Source of the DNA: Chlorokybus atmophyticus | Lineage: Eukaryota > Plantae > Mesostigma and Chlorokybus algae | Direction: 5' to 3' | NCBI GenBank assembly: GCA_009103225.1 | Contig: RHPI01002272.1 | Location: 1 to 64,000 of the forward strand | DNA length: 64,000 nt | In this document: piece by piece, positions 1 through 11,450 of the stretch | How positions within the stretch are numbered: the stretch's first letter is position 1 | Layout of the letters: every line of letters begins with the position of its first letter | The notes under the pieces: generated by a model | Told to the model about the DNA's origin: nothing | What the model saw: only the letters and a program-made list of their open reading frames with translations | Database searches by the model: none | Translations under genes and position numbers: made by a program

Positions 1-24
1 TGTGGCTATTTATTACTCAGGAAT

Positions 25-53
25 CCTAACCCTAACCCTAACCCTACCCTAAC
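25..53 (+). repeat. Short interstitial telomere-like (CCCTAA)n tract, about 5 units
   Basis: cctaaccctaaccctaaccctaccctaac read directly. Confidence 0.8.
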
Positions 54-289
54 TTGTGCGCAGCTGACTTCTGCGCAGTAAGACTTTGAAGAAGCACAGC
101 TGTCCGCAGTGCTTCGGCGGCGGCGGTGGCGGCGGCGGAGGTGGCGGTAGTGAAGGTGGTGGCGGGAGTGAAATCGGTGGTTGACTGTTTTGCGTCTTGG
201 CGTTTCCGGGCCTACTTGCTAGGTTGCGGTGCTGGAAGCTGTTTCTAGCTGCTACCAAGCTGCAAAGTTGTGTGCTGCTCTCAAGCACA

Positions 290-2694
290 ATGTCAGTGTA
301 TAGGATGAGCGTTGAGCTTATCTCCAAACGGGTAGCTAAATTGTTGAGAGGGGTTCCAAGTGCACAAGCAATAGCGGAGAAGTTCAAGGAGGAAGAGATT
401 GATGGAGAAGCTTACTACAGCCTCTCAGCAGAAATTCTTGCACAGATCACACCTAGGCTAAGCATTGCTTCGCGGATCCTTGAAGACGTGCAGAAGTTGA
501 ACAGGGATGAGCCGAGGTTGCAAGCTGAAGATGAAGAGGAGCAAGACGAGGCGGGAGCACAACCTGGGGACACAGGTGTGCTTGCTTTCAACTAGTCTGC
601 TGCCAAGCTGCTGGTGCAACTTAATTGCTCCTGCAGCTGAAGCTCTGCTTGCTCATTGGTGTGCTTTGGTCTACAGCTTCAGTCAAGCTGAAACTACAAC
701 TCAATTGAACCTGCGGCTTGGCTGGAGCTGTAGCTTGAGTAAAAGCTGCATATCGGCTTTCTACCAAGCAGAGCCTCAGCCAAGCCGCAGCTGCAGTTTA
801 GCTGGAGTGGTAGGTTGGGTGAAGCTCTACTTGCTGTATTTTGTACGCTTCGGTCTGCAGCTTCAGTCAAGCAACAGCGTTAGCCAAGCCGCAACTGCAA
901 CATAGCTGAAGCTGCAGCTTGGCTAAAGCTCTGCTTGCTTTGCTCTCTTTTGCAAGTGCCATGCGCTGACTGTTGGCCTTGTGCGCAGGAGCTGTTGATG
1001 AAGTTAACTGCGAAGACGAGTCAGAGGCAGTCAAGAAGGCAAAGCTGGAGGAAAAGTGCTTTGCCCCTGTCGCTGACAAGCCTAGGGGACTAGAGCTAAA
1101 TGGGCAAGCTTACTTGAAGAAGAAGGACGAGACACAGTGGAGAATACAGGAGGACAACCGCAAGCTTCTAAAGGAGAAGCTGTGGGCCAAGTTCCCAGAC
1201 CACTGTGTTGGCAGGAGCTTCAATCGGGCCGGCCCAGATTATGACATGAGGGAGGAGGTGGTGGCGGATGTAATGCAGAATCACACTCCGCTGGAGATCA
1301 ACGGACAGACATTGCGCTGGCCTGCAAGTAAGTAATCTGCGTCTGCCTATGTGCATGTGCGTTTATATGCCACCTGCCAGATGTCTTGTGCTTCCTGCAG
1401 AATGACTACTCACTGCCTCTTGTTTGCAGAATGGATTCGTGAGCAAATCCGCCGGTTTGTGGATAATGCAAGACGGGGCCATCCATTAACGCCAGGCGAA
1501 ACGGTAGGCTTGACCCGTGAGCAGCGCAAGGAGAAGATGCGCGCTGCACGCGCTGAGAAGCGCGCTGACGCAGAGGAGCCAGCTCCACGCCGCTCGCGCA
1601 CAGACTACGGGCTTGGCCCACATTTCACCGTTGCAGACTTTCCCTCCAGCCAAAATGCTGTGCTGCTTGCCTTGTTGACTGCTGAGCCGCCTTCTCAAGC
1701 GCAGCTGCGTGAGGACTGGGTGGCTTTCAGGTACGCCATTTATCCTCTTGCACAAGGCCTTTGCACCCGCACTCGTAAGGAATTCATATGCGGCTGGTGC
1801 TGCAGACCCGCAGGAGATGCTGCAAGCACCAGCGGCAGCAGCAGCCGCAGGGTTGTGGCTGTTGGGCGCGGTCAAGTACTGGAGGTGCTTGAGCAAGAGA
1901 CTCCTTGGCGCAGCTACAAAGTGAAGGTGCTGGAGTGGTACAACGCCAAGGGTATCGGTGATCAACGCGTCTACATGCCAGTACGTGACACGGACGGGTA
2001 TGCTGGCCAGATGACCGGGGACGAGCACTTGTGCAGCAATATCTTGGTGAGCGTAGTAGAGTGTGTGCTGCGGCACAGCACATTGCAAGCGTAACTGCAA
2101 GGAAGATTATATGCGTGACATGCAATGCGGCTGCTTGAGTGATGCAGGGACGCAGTTGTGCTTGGCCTGCATCCTTGGTAGCCCCGTCTGCAGTCTGCCC
2201 TTGCTCAGACTGCTCTTCAGGCGACTGCATTGCAGAAGTCACCCCAAGATGCGTTCGCGCGCTCGTGGTTGACAAGCGCGTGCAGCCAGAAGACCAGCAT
2301 GACATCAATCAGAGGGTAAGAACGTTGCAGTGGGCTGTAACGTGTGCAGCATGCTTGCATGATGCACACTTGTAACAATTCTTGCTTGCAGATCAATCGT
2401 TGCTCTGACCACCTCATGCACTTGGCTGGCATCTGCTGCAATACCTTGTGCGCCAATGTTCCCAACCGCGAGAGCTTGCTGGAGGTGTACACTTCCTGGA
2501 GGGGGACATACGGGACGCAGATTGGGAGGCTACCGAAGGAGGACCATCTGCTTGCAAAGTTCACTGACTCGCAGATCGGTCTCATGCTTGTTACATTTGC
2601 AGTCAACAAGCGCTGGCTGGTACAGGATGACTCTGGAGAAGCACGCTATGGCTGGCACTGGAATAGTCAAGCCAAGCGCCAACCCGGTCCATAA
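290..2694 (+). pseudogene. Multi-exon SAM-domain protein, paralogous to 15420-17889; possible accessory ORF of a CACTA-like element; disrupted
   Basis: SAM-like AEKFKEEEIDGEAYYSLSAEILAQITPRLSIASRILEDVQKL; later exons RIQEDNRKLLKEKLWAKFPD, EWIREQIRRFVDNARRG and VGRGQVLEVLEQETPWRSYKVKV align with the minus-strand paralogue; GT-AG introns; in-frame TAA at 2092-2094. Confidence 0.55.
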
Positions 2695-3064
2695 TTGGGT
2701 ACCAAGGTGAAGACCTTCGCTCAACTTTTTTGCAGCACCCAGTCTAGCTTCCATGCAGCTTCCTTGCAGCCGCCAGTCTAGCTTCCTGCTAAAAGTCTGA
2801 CTTCTTGCTAGCAGTTTAGCTTGCTACCAGCAGTTAGCTTCCTGGTAGCAGTTAGCTTCTTGCAAACAATTGGAGCCTATTCTAGTACTAGTTAAGAGTA
2901 CATGGTACAATGTAAACTCCATATGAGGTTAAGATTTCTTTACCAGGAAAACTGCCTGCAACTTGCCTGCATATGCCTGCTATACTGTGCTGCTAATTTT
3001 GGAATGAATGGCTGGGCCGTTATCGGCATGACTGCTGGTCCACCGAGGTCGACACACCAGGAGC

Positions 3065-3296
3065 TGTGCCGACGTCGGCAGCAGTGCTACTGTGCCGAAG
3101 TCGGCAGAAGCGCTGCTGTGCCGAAGTCGGCAGAAGTGCTATTGTGCCGAAAACGGCAGGATCGTTGCTGTGCCGAAGACGGCAGAAGCGCTGCTGTGCC
3201 GAAGACGGTGGGGTCGCAGCTGTGCCGAAGACGGCAGAAGCGCTGCTGTGCCGAAGACGTTAGAAGTACTGCTGTGCCGAGGTCGGCCCAACGCAG
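3065..3296. repeat. 26-bp minisatellite, about 9 copies, with a TGCCGA-NN-TCGGCA palindromic core
   Basis: Unit tgtgccgaagtcggcagaagcgctgc starts at 3091, 3117, 3143, 3169, 3195, 3221, 3247 and 3273. Confidence 0.9.
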
Positions 3297-3483
3297 TTTG
3301 CCCCGTCAGCGGCAGTAACCAGCTTGTGCCGGCTGACAGATGGTGACTTACGATCCTCTGCCGGCACAAAGCGACTTGTGCCGTCTTGGGAGAAGAACTG
3401 CTCGCAGAACTCGAAGGCAGGTGCCGCTGACGGCACAACTGGCTTGTGCCGAGAACGGATTCTGCTGCAGGCGCCGTGTGCAC

Positions 3484-6440
3484 TCTCCAAGTTGGAAGAA
3501 GATTTGGTGGAGCAGAGGTGCAAGGCTCTATAAGATGCAGGCCTGATTGAGGAGTCCACATCGGACTTTGCGGCCGTGACCGTCATGCCCCTGAGGAAGG
3601 ATTCAGCAGGCAACTGGGCACACCGGCGTATGGGCGGCGACTACCGCCCCCTCAACAACAAGACAAGCAAGACAGGTATCCAATGCCTACTGCAGAGGGT
3701 ATCTTTGATGATATAGGAGACTATACCGTCTTCAGCATCCTGGATATGCGTCAAGGGTACAATCAGATCCCCATCAAGGAGGAGGACAAGCACACGACAT
3801 CTTTCAGGGGGGGCAACCAGCAGCTGTGCCAGTAGAAGGCCATACCCTTCGGACCGAAGAATGCTCCTGCCAAGTTCCAACGCATCATGGACAAAGCCTT
3901 GAAGGGGCTGGACTTCGCGCGATGCTACATTGACGACATTCTCATCTTCAGCCGCAGCACCGAAGAGCACCTACAGCACATCGAGGAGGTGCTGGAGAGA
4001 CTCAAGGGGGGATGGGGATGAATGTGCACCCCGACAAATGCACCTTTTTCACTCACAAGGTATCCTACTTAGGGCACATGATTGTGCCCCATCGGGTGTA
4101 CATACAGCAGGCAAAGGTGGAGGCCCTGGCAGCTATCCCTGCTCCAACGGACCTTACGCGCCTGCGCGCCTTTCTGGGCCTTGCCAACTACTATCGCCGG
4201 TTCGTAAAGGACTTCGCAACAATCGCGCGGCCCCTCAACGAGCTCCTAAAGAAGGAAGTGGAGTTTGCGTGGAAGGAGCCTCAGCAGCAGGCATTTGAGG
4301 AGCTACAGGGTAGGCTCACCACAGCTCCCATCATTCAACGCCCTGACTACACCAAGCCCTTCATCCTCCACACCGACTGGAGCAAGCTCTGGATGGGGGT
4401 TGTGCTGATGCAGCACAATGAAAACAAGAAGGAGCGGGTGGTGTCATACGCCAGCCGAAGCAACAACAGCGCCAAGGCTAACTACATCTACGATGGGGAG
4501 TGCCTCGCTGCAGTGTGGGCTATCTCCTTCTTCAGACCTTTCCTCTTTGATAGACAATTTCAACTGATCACCGATCATCAGCCACTCAAGTGGTTGATGA
4601 CCAACCAGCATTTGATAGGGAAGCTCGCTCGCTGGGCCCTATTATTGCAGAAGTATGACTTCGAGATCGACCACCGCGGCGGCCTCACCAACCAAGACGG
4701 CGATGGCCTCAGACGCAACCCTCACCTCAGCACCATCGATTTAACCGGAGCTCGGGACGAGCTTGGCCCTGCAGCAGCAACTCCCATCGCGGCAGCCATT
4801 TTTGCTGTTGCCGCGTTACGCTTAAGGCGCTAGATCAACACCATTGCCACATCAACGGCGGAGGAAATTCCTGCCCTTGAGTCTACTGGCCCCACAGTGA
4901 CCGCACCCCTAGGGGACGCCCACGCGGTTGGCATTGAAGTCGATGACACCGAGCTGGCACCAACCGACACCAGGCAGGACATATGGCTGGACAAGCCATC
5001 ACCATCCTTCAAAGTGGCCAGCTTCCCTCCGATATGAGTATGCACGAGAGAGAGATCGTGTCAACCAACGCACCCGCCACTATCGGTGGGCAGATGACAA
5101 GCTGTACCGCCGCTTTTATGACGAAGACAAGGAGGTGCCGACATCAGCCATACGCGAGGGCATCATCACTGCCCTCCACACTGAGCTTAAACACTTCGGT
5201 GTCAAGCGTACAATCAGCCTGGTAAAGGCGCAATATTGGTGGTATGGGTTGTCCAAGCAGGTGCAGGGGTTGGTCGGTCATTGCCAACAGTGTGACATGG
5301 TACGCGCCAGCCTCAACACACGCAATGCCACCTTGCACCCTCTCCCCATCTCCGGTCTTTTCTATCGCTGAGGACTCGACATTTTGGGAGACTTGGCACC
5401 CTCGGCACGTGGCAACCGCTATATTCTGGTCATGATCGAGCACTTCTCCACATGGGTGGAGATGGTGCCATTACCCGACAAAAGCAGCAGGGGGGTGTCT
5501 CAAGCCTTCCTCTCCCATGTCCTCAGCCGGTTCGGCAGCTGCGCTGAGGCCATCACCGACCAAGGCATTGAGTTCAGAGGGGAGTTCGACACCTTGTTGG
5601 ATGGGTGCTACATCGATCATCGCCGCACTTTGCGTGACCACCCCCAAGCCGACGGTCTCGCCGAGCGTACAGTGCAGACCATCAAGAAAGAACTCCGCAA
5701 GTACGTGCTGGAGTATGAGAAGAACACCTGGGACGACCACCTTCCGAAGGTGGCCCTTGGATACCGATCGTCAAAGCAGGCGGCTCTGCGCGAGTGCAGC
5801 CCATACTACCTGCTGTTCGGTCGTCCGCCATTGCTTCTTTTTCGTGCACAGCAGGATGTAGATCGTGTGGTGAACAACCTTGACGACGCCAACTGGATGC
5901 ACAACGACATTACCACACGCGCCGCGCTGTTCGAGCGCACCGTCCCTATGGCCTTCAACAACCTACGCATCGCACAGCACCGCGACACTCTGCGCTACGA
6001 GCGCGTGCGCAGCGGCTTCTACAAGGAGCGCCAATGGCGGTTTCAAGCAGGGGACTTTGCCTACCGCATGGCAGCCACTAAGGACACGCTCGACACCTCC
6101 GTGGGCCGCACCATCTACAAGGTACTCAAGGTGTACCCCACAGGGGTGCTGGACCTTCTCGGTCAAAACGGAGAGAGGTTGAAAGACAACATGGTGAACT
6201 GCGCGCCATGTCACCTTCCTTACATAGCTGGCTTTGCGCGCATCCAGCACCCTCGCCCCGCCCGCAGCACACGCTGTGAACGCTGCGGCAGCGCCAGCGA
6301 TGACGCACTCATGATGCTCGGCGATGGCTGTTACAAGGGCCTGCATTGCTATGTCTACAGCCCCCATTGAACGCCATACCCATGGACGAGTACTGGTGCG
6401 ACGATTACCGCGCCAACGGCCCTCCTCACTTGCTTTAGCA
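3484..6440 (+). mobile_element. Ty3/gypsy pol remnant, 5'-truncated: RT - RNase H - integrase - C-terminal PHD finger; stops and frameshifts
   Basis: RT YIDD (tacattgacgac), FLGLANYYRRFVKDF; RH LHTDWS, ITDHQPL; integrase H/C zinc motif, IEHFSTWVE, TDQGIEF, GLAERTVQTIK; PHD CERC...D...MMLxDGCxKGLHCY(C)LQPPLNAIPMDEYWC after correcting one indel. Confidence 0.95.
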
Positions 6441-6483
6441 ACTGAGCTCTGGAGCTAGAACGTCCCCAGAAGCTCACGGGGGG

Positions 6484-6722
6484 TGGCTTGTTGACTGTGT
6501 GTCCTACAGCACAGCATGTACATTCAGGAGGACACCGCCTCCACATATCCGTGTTTTTCAGCGTCAGCAAAGCAGCTCCACCAAGCACTCCTCGCCATAC
6601 GAGCTGGGATATCTTTTGCTTTTGCTACATGTTACAATATGTCGAAGCAACAGGGCTAGCAAGCATGTCTTTCCCTGCAGCGGCCCGAGACAGCTTGACC
6701 CTCAACTCTTCTCGACCCAACA
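6484..6722 (+). repeat. Terminal repeat segment X (about 240 bp, TGGCTTGTTGAC...CCCAACA) directly after a poly-G PPT-like tract
   Basis: Similar to 7271-7509 and 38097-38338; preceded by cacgggggg. Confidence 0.85.
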
Positions 6723-6724
6723 GC

Positions 6725-7255
6725 TGTCATACCTATGCCCGCGCATACCAGCCTTCATCGAGCATGCCTACATCGAAACCATCGTCCGGCCTACCAGCAT
6801 GCCAACTCGCGCGCGGCACTGATCAGTAGCTAGGTCATGACTCTAGAGTAGCTCACGATCAGAGCCTACATAGGCACCGCGCGTACTTGTGAGTTCGGTT
6901 CGGTATCAGTGGTGTTCTATATCAAGTGGTGATTGCTGTGAAAAGGGCCTCGATATGACCGTTAGCTTATATTTTGAACAGTCATGATTGGACTTGCATA
7001 AGTAGTCACGGTGTTCACCAGATCAGCTGGTGACACTGTGAGTGAGAAAGCTAAGAGCTTGTGAAGCGACTTAAACGGCTAGCACGACATCCCGGTTATC
7101 AAGAAACTTCTCACTGTGTGAAAGCCTGTGCATGCTTGTGTGCATCATGCTTGTCATTGCTGTGAGCTTGGTGTGCCTGGTTGCAGTGTGCTTGATGACA
7201 TTAGTCAGGGCATAGTATCCACGTGTTGCTTGCTCATTCACCTCACTTAACAATG
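6725..7255 (+). repeat. Terminal repeat segment Y (about 530 bp, starts TGTCAT)
   Basis: Similar to 30308-30840 (shared tagctaggtcatg..ctagagtagctc, gatcagctggtgacactgt, ttgctcattcacctcact). Confidence 0.85.
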
Positions 7256-7270
7256 TAACACATTTTTCGC

Positions 7271-7509
7271 TTAGCTTATTGACTGTGTGTCCTGTAGCAC
7301 AGCATGTACACAAAAGAGAACACCGCCTCCACATATCCGTGTTTTTCAGCGATAGCAAGCAGCTCCACCAAGAACTCCTCGCCATACAAGCTGGGTTATC
7401 TTTTGCTTTTGCTACATGTTACAACATGTTGCAGCAACAGGGCTAGCAAGCATGTCTTTCCCTGCAGCAGCCCGAGACAGCGTGACACTCAACTCTCCTC
7501 GACCCGACA
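7271..7509 (+). repeat. Second copy of segment X, ending CCCGACA
   Basis: Near-identical to 6484-6722 (cagcacagcatgtac...caccgcctccacatatcc...cgagacagc). Confidence 0.85.
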
Positions 7510-8149
7510 AAACAGTGGCCTGTTGGCAATCGACATTACCTTGAGGCGGACAATCGGCCAGAGTACTACACGTCTTTTTTTGGAGCTTCAGTATGAAAAA
7601 CACAACAAAACCGATGCACCGTCTTCAACACAACACGCATTGGACGAGATGAACGCCATCGAAGGGAACTCGTGAGTTGCGGTGCATGTCTCTCGCCTTT
7701 TGACAAGGTGTACTTCACCTTGTCACGAGACAAAGCTTCTTATAAGCTTGAGAGAAAAAATTTGCAGGTTGTAGTGGATTGAACGCTGGAATTGCGAGCT
7801 TGCGTATGTGTCCACTTGAGTCTGCATGTATGTGTATGTTTGCATGTGTCTTAGCATGTATACTATACATGCTCACGTTTTGTAGTACAATATGTGCATG
7901 ACATGATGTGCTCATACTGAAGACCTGAGCATATACCTGCAGGTGTGTGCGTCACTGAGTGTCTCTCTATGTGCGTATATATGTGCGCACATGCATGCGC
8001 GAAGAGGTGTGTGGCTGTGTGCATGCGGAATTTGGTGATGGCGGCTGTGTGCGCGCGCGCGTATATGCTTGAGCTACCTGCGTGCGTGCATGCCTGATTG
8101 TGAAGCGCTGCACTACAGCAGTTGTCATATCGGACAAAGTGATAGCTAT

Positions 8150-8459
<310 letters not shown>

Positions 8460-9669
8460 CTTACAATTGATCCCCTTGCACTGCTCCAGCGTAAACCATT
8501 GATCCATTAAGGTAGTCTGGTCTAACTTGCACTCAATTAGCTGCCCCCGCAAGGCCTGACCACTGTTGGTATTCCAATCCAAGTACGAGTAAAACAATAT
8601 GCCCGTTGTCGTCGCGTACACCCGGTGGAGCAGGTGGGCTGTAGTAGTAGCACAGGGGATGTATAAGTGAGCAACAAAAGAAAGTAGCGCTGCTGGACAG
8701 CAACTTGACAGCAGGCAATCGTGTGTGGTTGTGAGGTACTCATGCGACGTATGCGCTGAGCGTTTACAAGCCAGGCGGTGCACAACCAGTGTATAACTCG
8801 TAGCTTGTGTACATAACTTTGGTTATTATAGCACCAAATACATGTATGTATGCGCGTGCGTGACTCACTCACGACCCGGAAAGTGTTGACGTTGGGCGAA
8901 AGTGCCCAAATGTCGTATGCTGGTGTGCATGTGCCTGCAAAGTCCTCCCTTGCGCAGGTCATGATGGCTCTCCGCGGGTTGTTGGCGGCCATGCGGTCGC
9001 CCACCCCCTACGCCACGCGGTCCTCGTACACCGCCGGCCACTCATGGGACACCAACAAGCCGCGTCCGGTTAGGGACCTTCAACCTGTTGTCCATATACC
9101 TGCATTGACATATGCATGTGGGCATGTGTGTGCGTTCCTACGCGTGCGCGTCCACGCACTTGAAGCCACATGCAGACATGGACGTGTGCACGCGCACGTG
9201 TGTACCAGCTTGTTGTTGTTCATGTTGTGAGACTGTAACCAAGTAGATAACTGGGAGCACGCACGGCCTCGCAAGGCGGCTGCTGCAGAGCGAACGTTGA
9301 AGGCGCAGCGGAAGAGGACGGGCAGGGAGTTTAAGGGTGGGGCGCGGTCCGCCTCCATCTCACCGTCATCGGTAGACAGCGTACACACCCCACTGCCCAA
9401 CCCGTCTGCATCCAGCCACCCCCGTGGTGCACTCCACACGCATCCAGGTACAGCCGCCCTCCTGCTATCGCCATGACGCTGATCAGCTTCGGGGAGGTGA
9501 TGATGCCAGGGTCTGCACAAGGACACAGACAATTGCGCACGAATCAGTTCCACGGTGCTCTTGTCAATCTCGCAGACTCACCTTCGGCTTTGAGGGGATT
9601 TTTTAGAATGTTGGCGGGCGGCGGGACGCTCTCGCCCAGCTGTGGCTCTGGTAACAGCAACAACAGCCA

Positions 9670-10100
9670 GGGGTTGAAGTTTGGGATTGATTGTTTGGGG
9701 GGACCGTGCCGAACCGTCAATCAACGAAAATGCCCATACTTCTTGATTGTCAACCGTAATGACGGACTACTCGCCATAGGACTCAGGGCAAAAAAGACAC
9801 TCGTCCCTCTGTGCGTGCGTGCGTACGTGCGTGCGTGCGCGCGTGTGTTGGTATTTGTGTGGCGTGCTTACCAGAGTTGCACTCACTGAGCATGCACGTG
9901 TGCCAGGTCAACTCGCTGATTGAGAGCCGTGGTTGCCCTGCCTCCCTCTTCGTCCCCACCACCTACTACCCCCACATTACCGTTGGCTTCACCCTCCAGC
10001 ACCTCAACAACGAGAATGGCGTGTTCAAGACCTCAAGATCTTCCAGCCATCATCTCAACCAATCAGCTTGGTATCATGACCGCTTTTTGCCATATCAACC
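9670..10100 (+). pseudogene. Fragment of a 2H phosphoesterase-like protein (two exons)
   Basis: SLFVPTTYYPHITVGFT (HxT motif) then NENGVFK; upstream DCLGG...PYFLIVN..GLLAI; cag acceptor at 9906. Confidence 0.4.
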
Positions 10101-10499
10101 ACGTGTGTTGAGCACATGCAACTCACATGCACGCGACATTGATATGTACGCACATTGCATAATACAACGCTGATGGCAGCAGTACTGCAATGGTGGCATG
10201 TTTACTGCAATACAGCAGTTCCAACGCAAGTCAATTAAGCAAACCCATCATGGACACAGATCATAGGCGCCTCAATGCAAGATGAAATGACTCTAATGCT
10301 CATAACCATGGCACAGGCACACACCAAGGATATGCCCAAAATTGAGAAGGTGAGCATCACAAACGTGTGCAAGAGACAACGAATCTGTGTAAGGGACAAC
10401 GAAAGGCAACAAAGATGGCCGAGGAGATGCTTTGCGTACTTTGCCCTGCGCTGCTTTGCTTAGATTGGTAGCAGCAACACCTCGCTCTGTCGCGGATCT

Positions 10500-11406
10500 A
10501 ACTGTCGCAGTCTGTGTCCGAACACTTATTTGCGAGTCACCTGTTGGTTGTGACTTTCGTAAGGTTGACACAAGTAGTAATGTCTGCGTGCGAAGCGTGT
10601 GCAAGTCTACAGGTCATAAAATGGCAACAACAACGTCTAACAACATGTCAGCATGCTGTGCTGGCTGAGGTTTTGTCACATTACAATACAAGCTTAGCGA
10701 TCCTAACGAAGAACAAGCCGTCCAATCGCCTGACCATTCTTGTCACCAACGTTGCCATCATGTACCTAACATGTACCTCCCCGACTCTGCAAATGTCATC
10801 CGACGCCCACGCGCACACCCAATTGCTCGCATCTACCTCACCATGTATGCAAAAACCGTGTGAGGCGCGCAGCAACAACCCCTACAAAACTTGCACACGT
10901 AGTGTGAAGTTCATATTGCTGTTACCCAAGTACACTTGATTTGTTGCATAAGTAACACGCACAGTGTGTGCTGAGTGGTGTGGATAGAAGAAACTCCTGA
11001 ACACGTGCGCCAAAGCCACGAATTTCTTTTTTGGCGGTAGCGCGCACGAGTGCAATGTATGTCACATACAGTAACAACCCAGAGTTGTTTGCGTGGCCAA
11101 CGGCTTTACTTGGAGCGATGGGCGCTAAGTGCAAGCATGGATCGTTTCTGTTGAATCGAGACTCGGCGACGTGCAACTCGCTTTTTTTGCTTGACAATTG
11201 GGCTCCCAGTGCGCATGCAGGCAGGTGCTTGTGTTAAAGAGCGAGCATGCGTGCTGAGGGTGCACGTGAACGGGCTGTGGTGTACCATTCTGTGCATACA
11301 TGCCTAAGTGTACAAGGTTGACAATAGACCAGGATGCAGCGAGCGCATGCACGAGAAAGCAAGAAAGTGGGGAGGGGGAAGGAAAAAAAGTGATACGGGG
11401 GGGGGG

Positions 11407-11450
<44 letters not shown>

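Noticed and set aside
25-53. True chromosome end
   Set aside because: Only about 5 units, with non-telomeric sequence on both sides.
3065-3296. CRISPR-like array
   Set aside because: Units are directly adjacent with no unique spacers; no cas genes; eukaryotic context.
8520-9560. Minus-strand multi-exon gene remnant
   Set aside because: Splice-like sites and protein-like text, but no consistent frame or recognisable domain.
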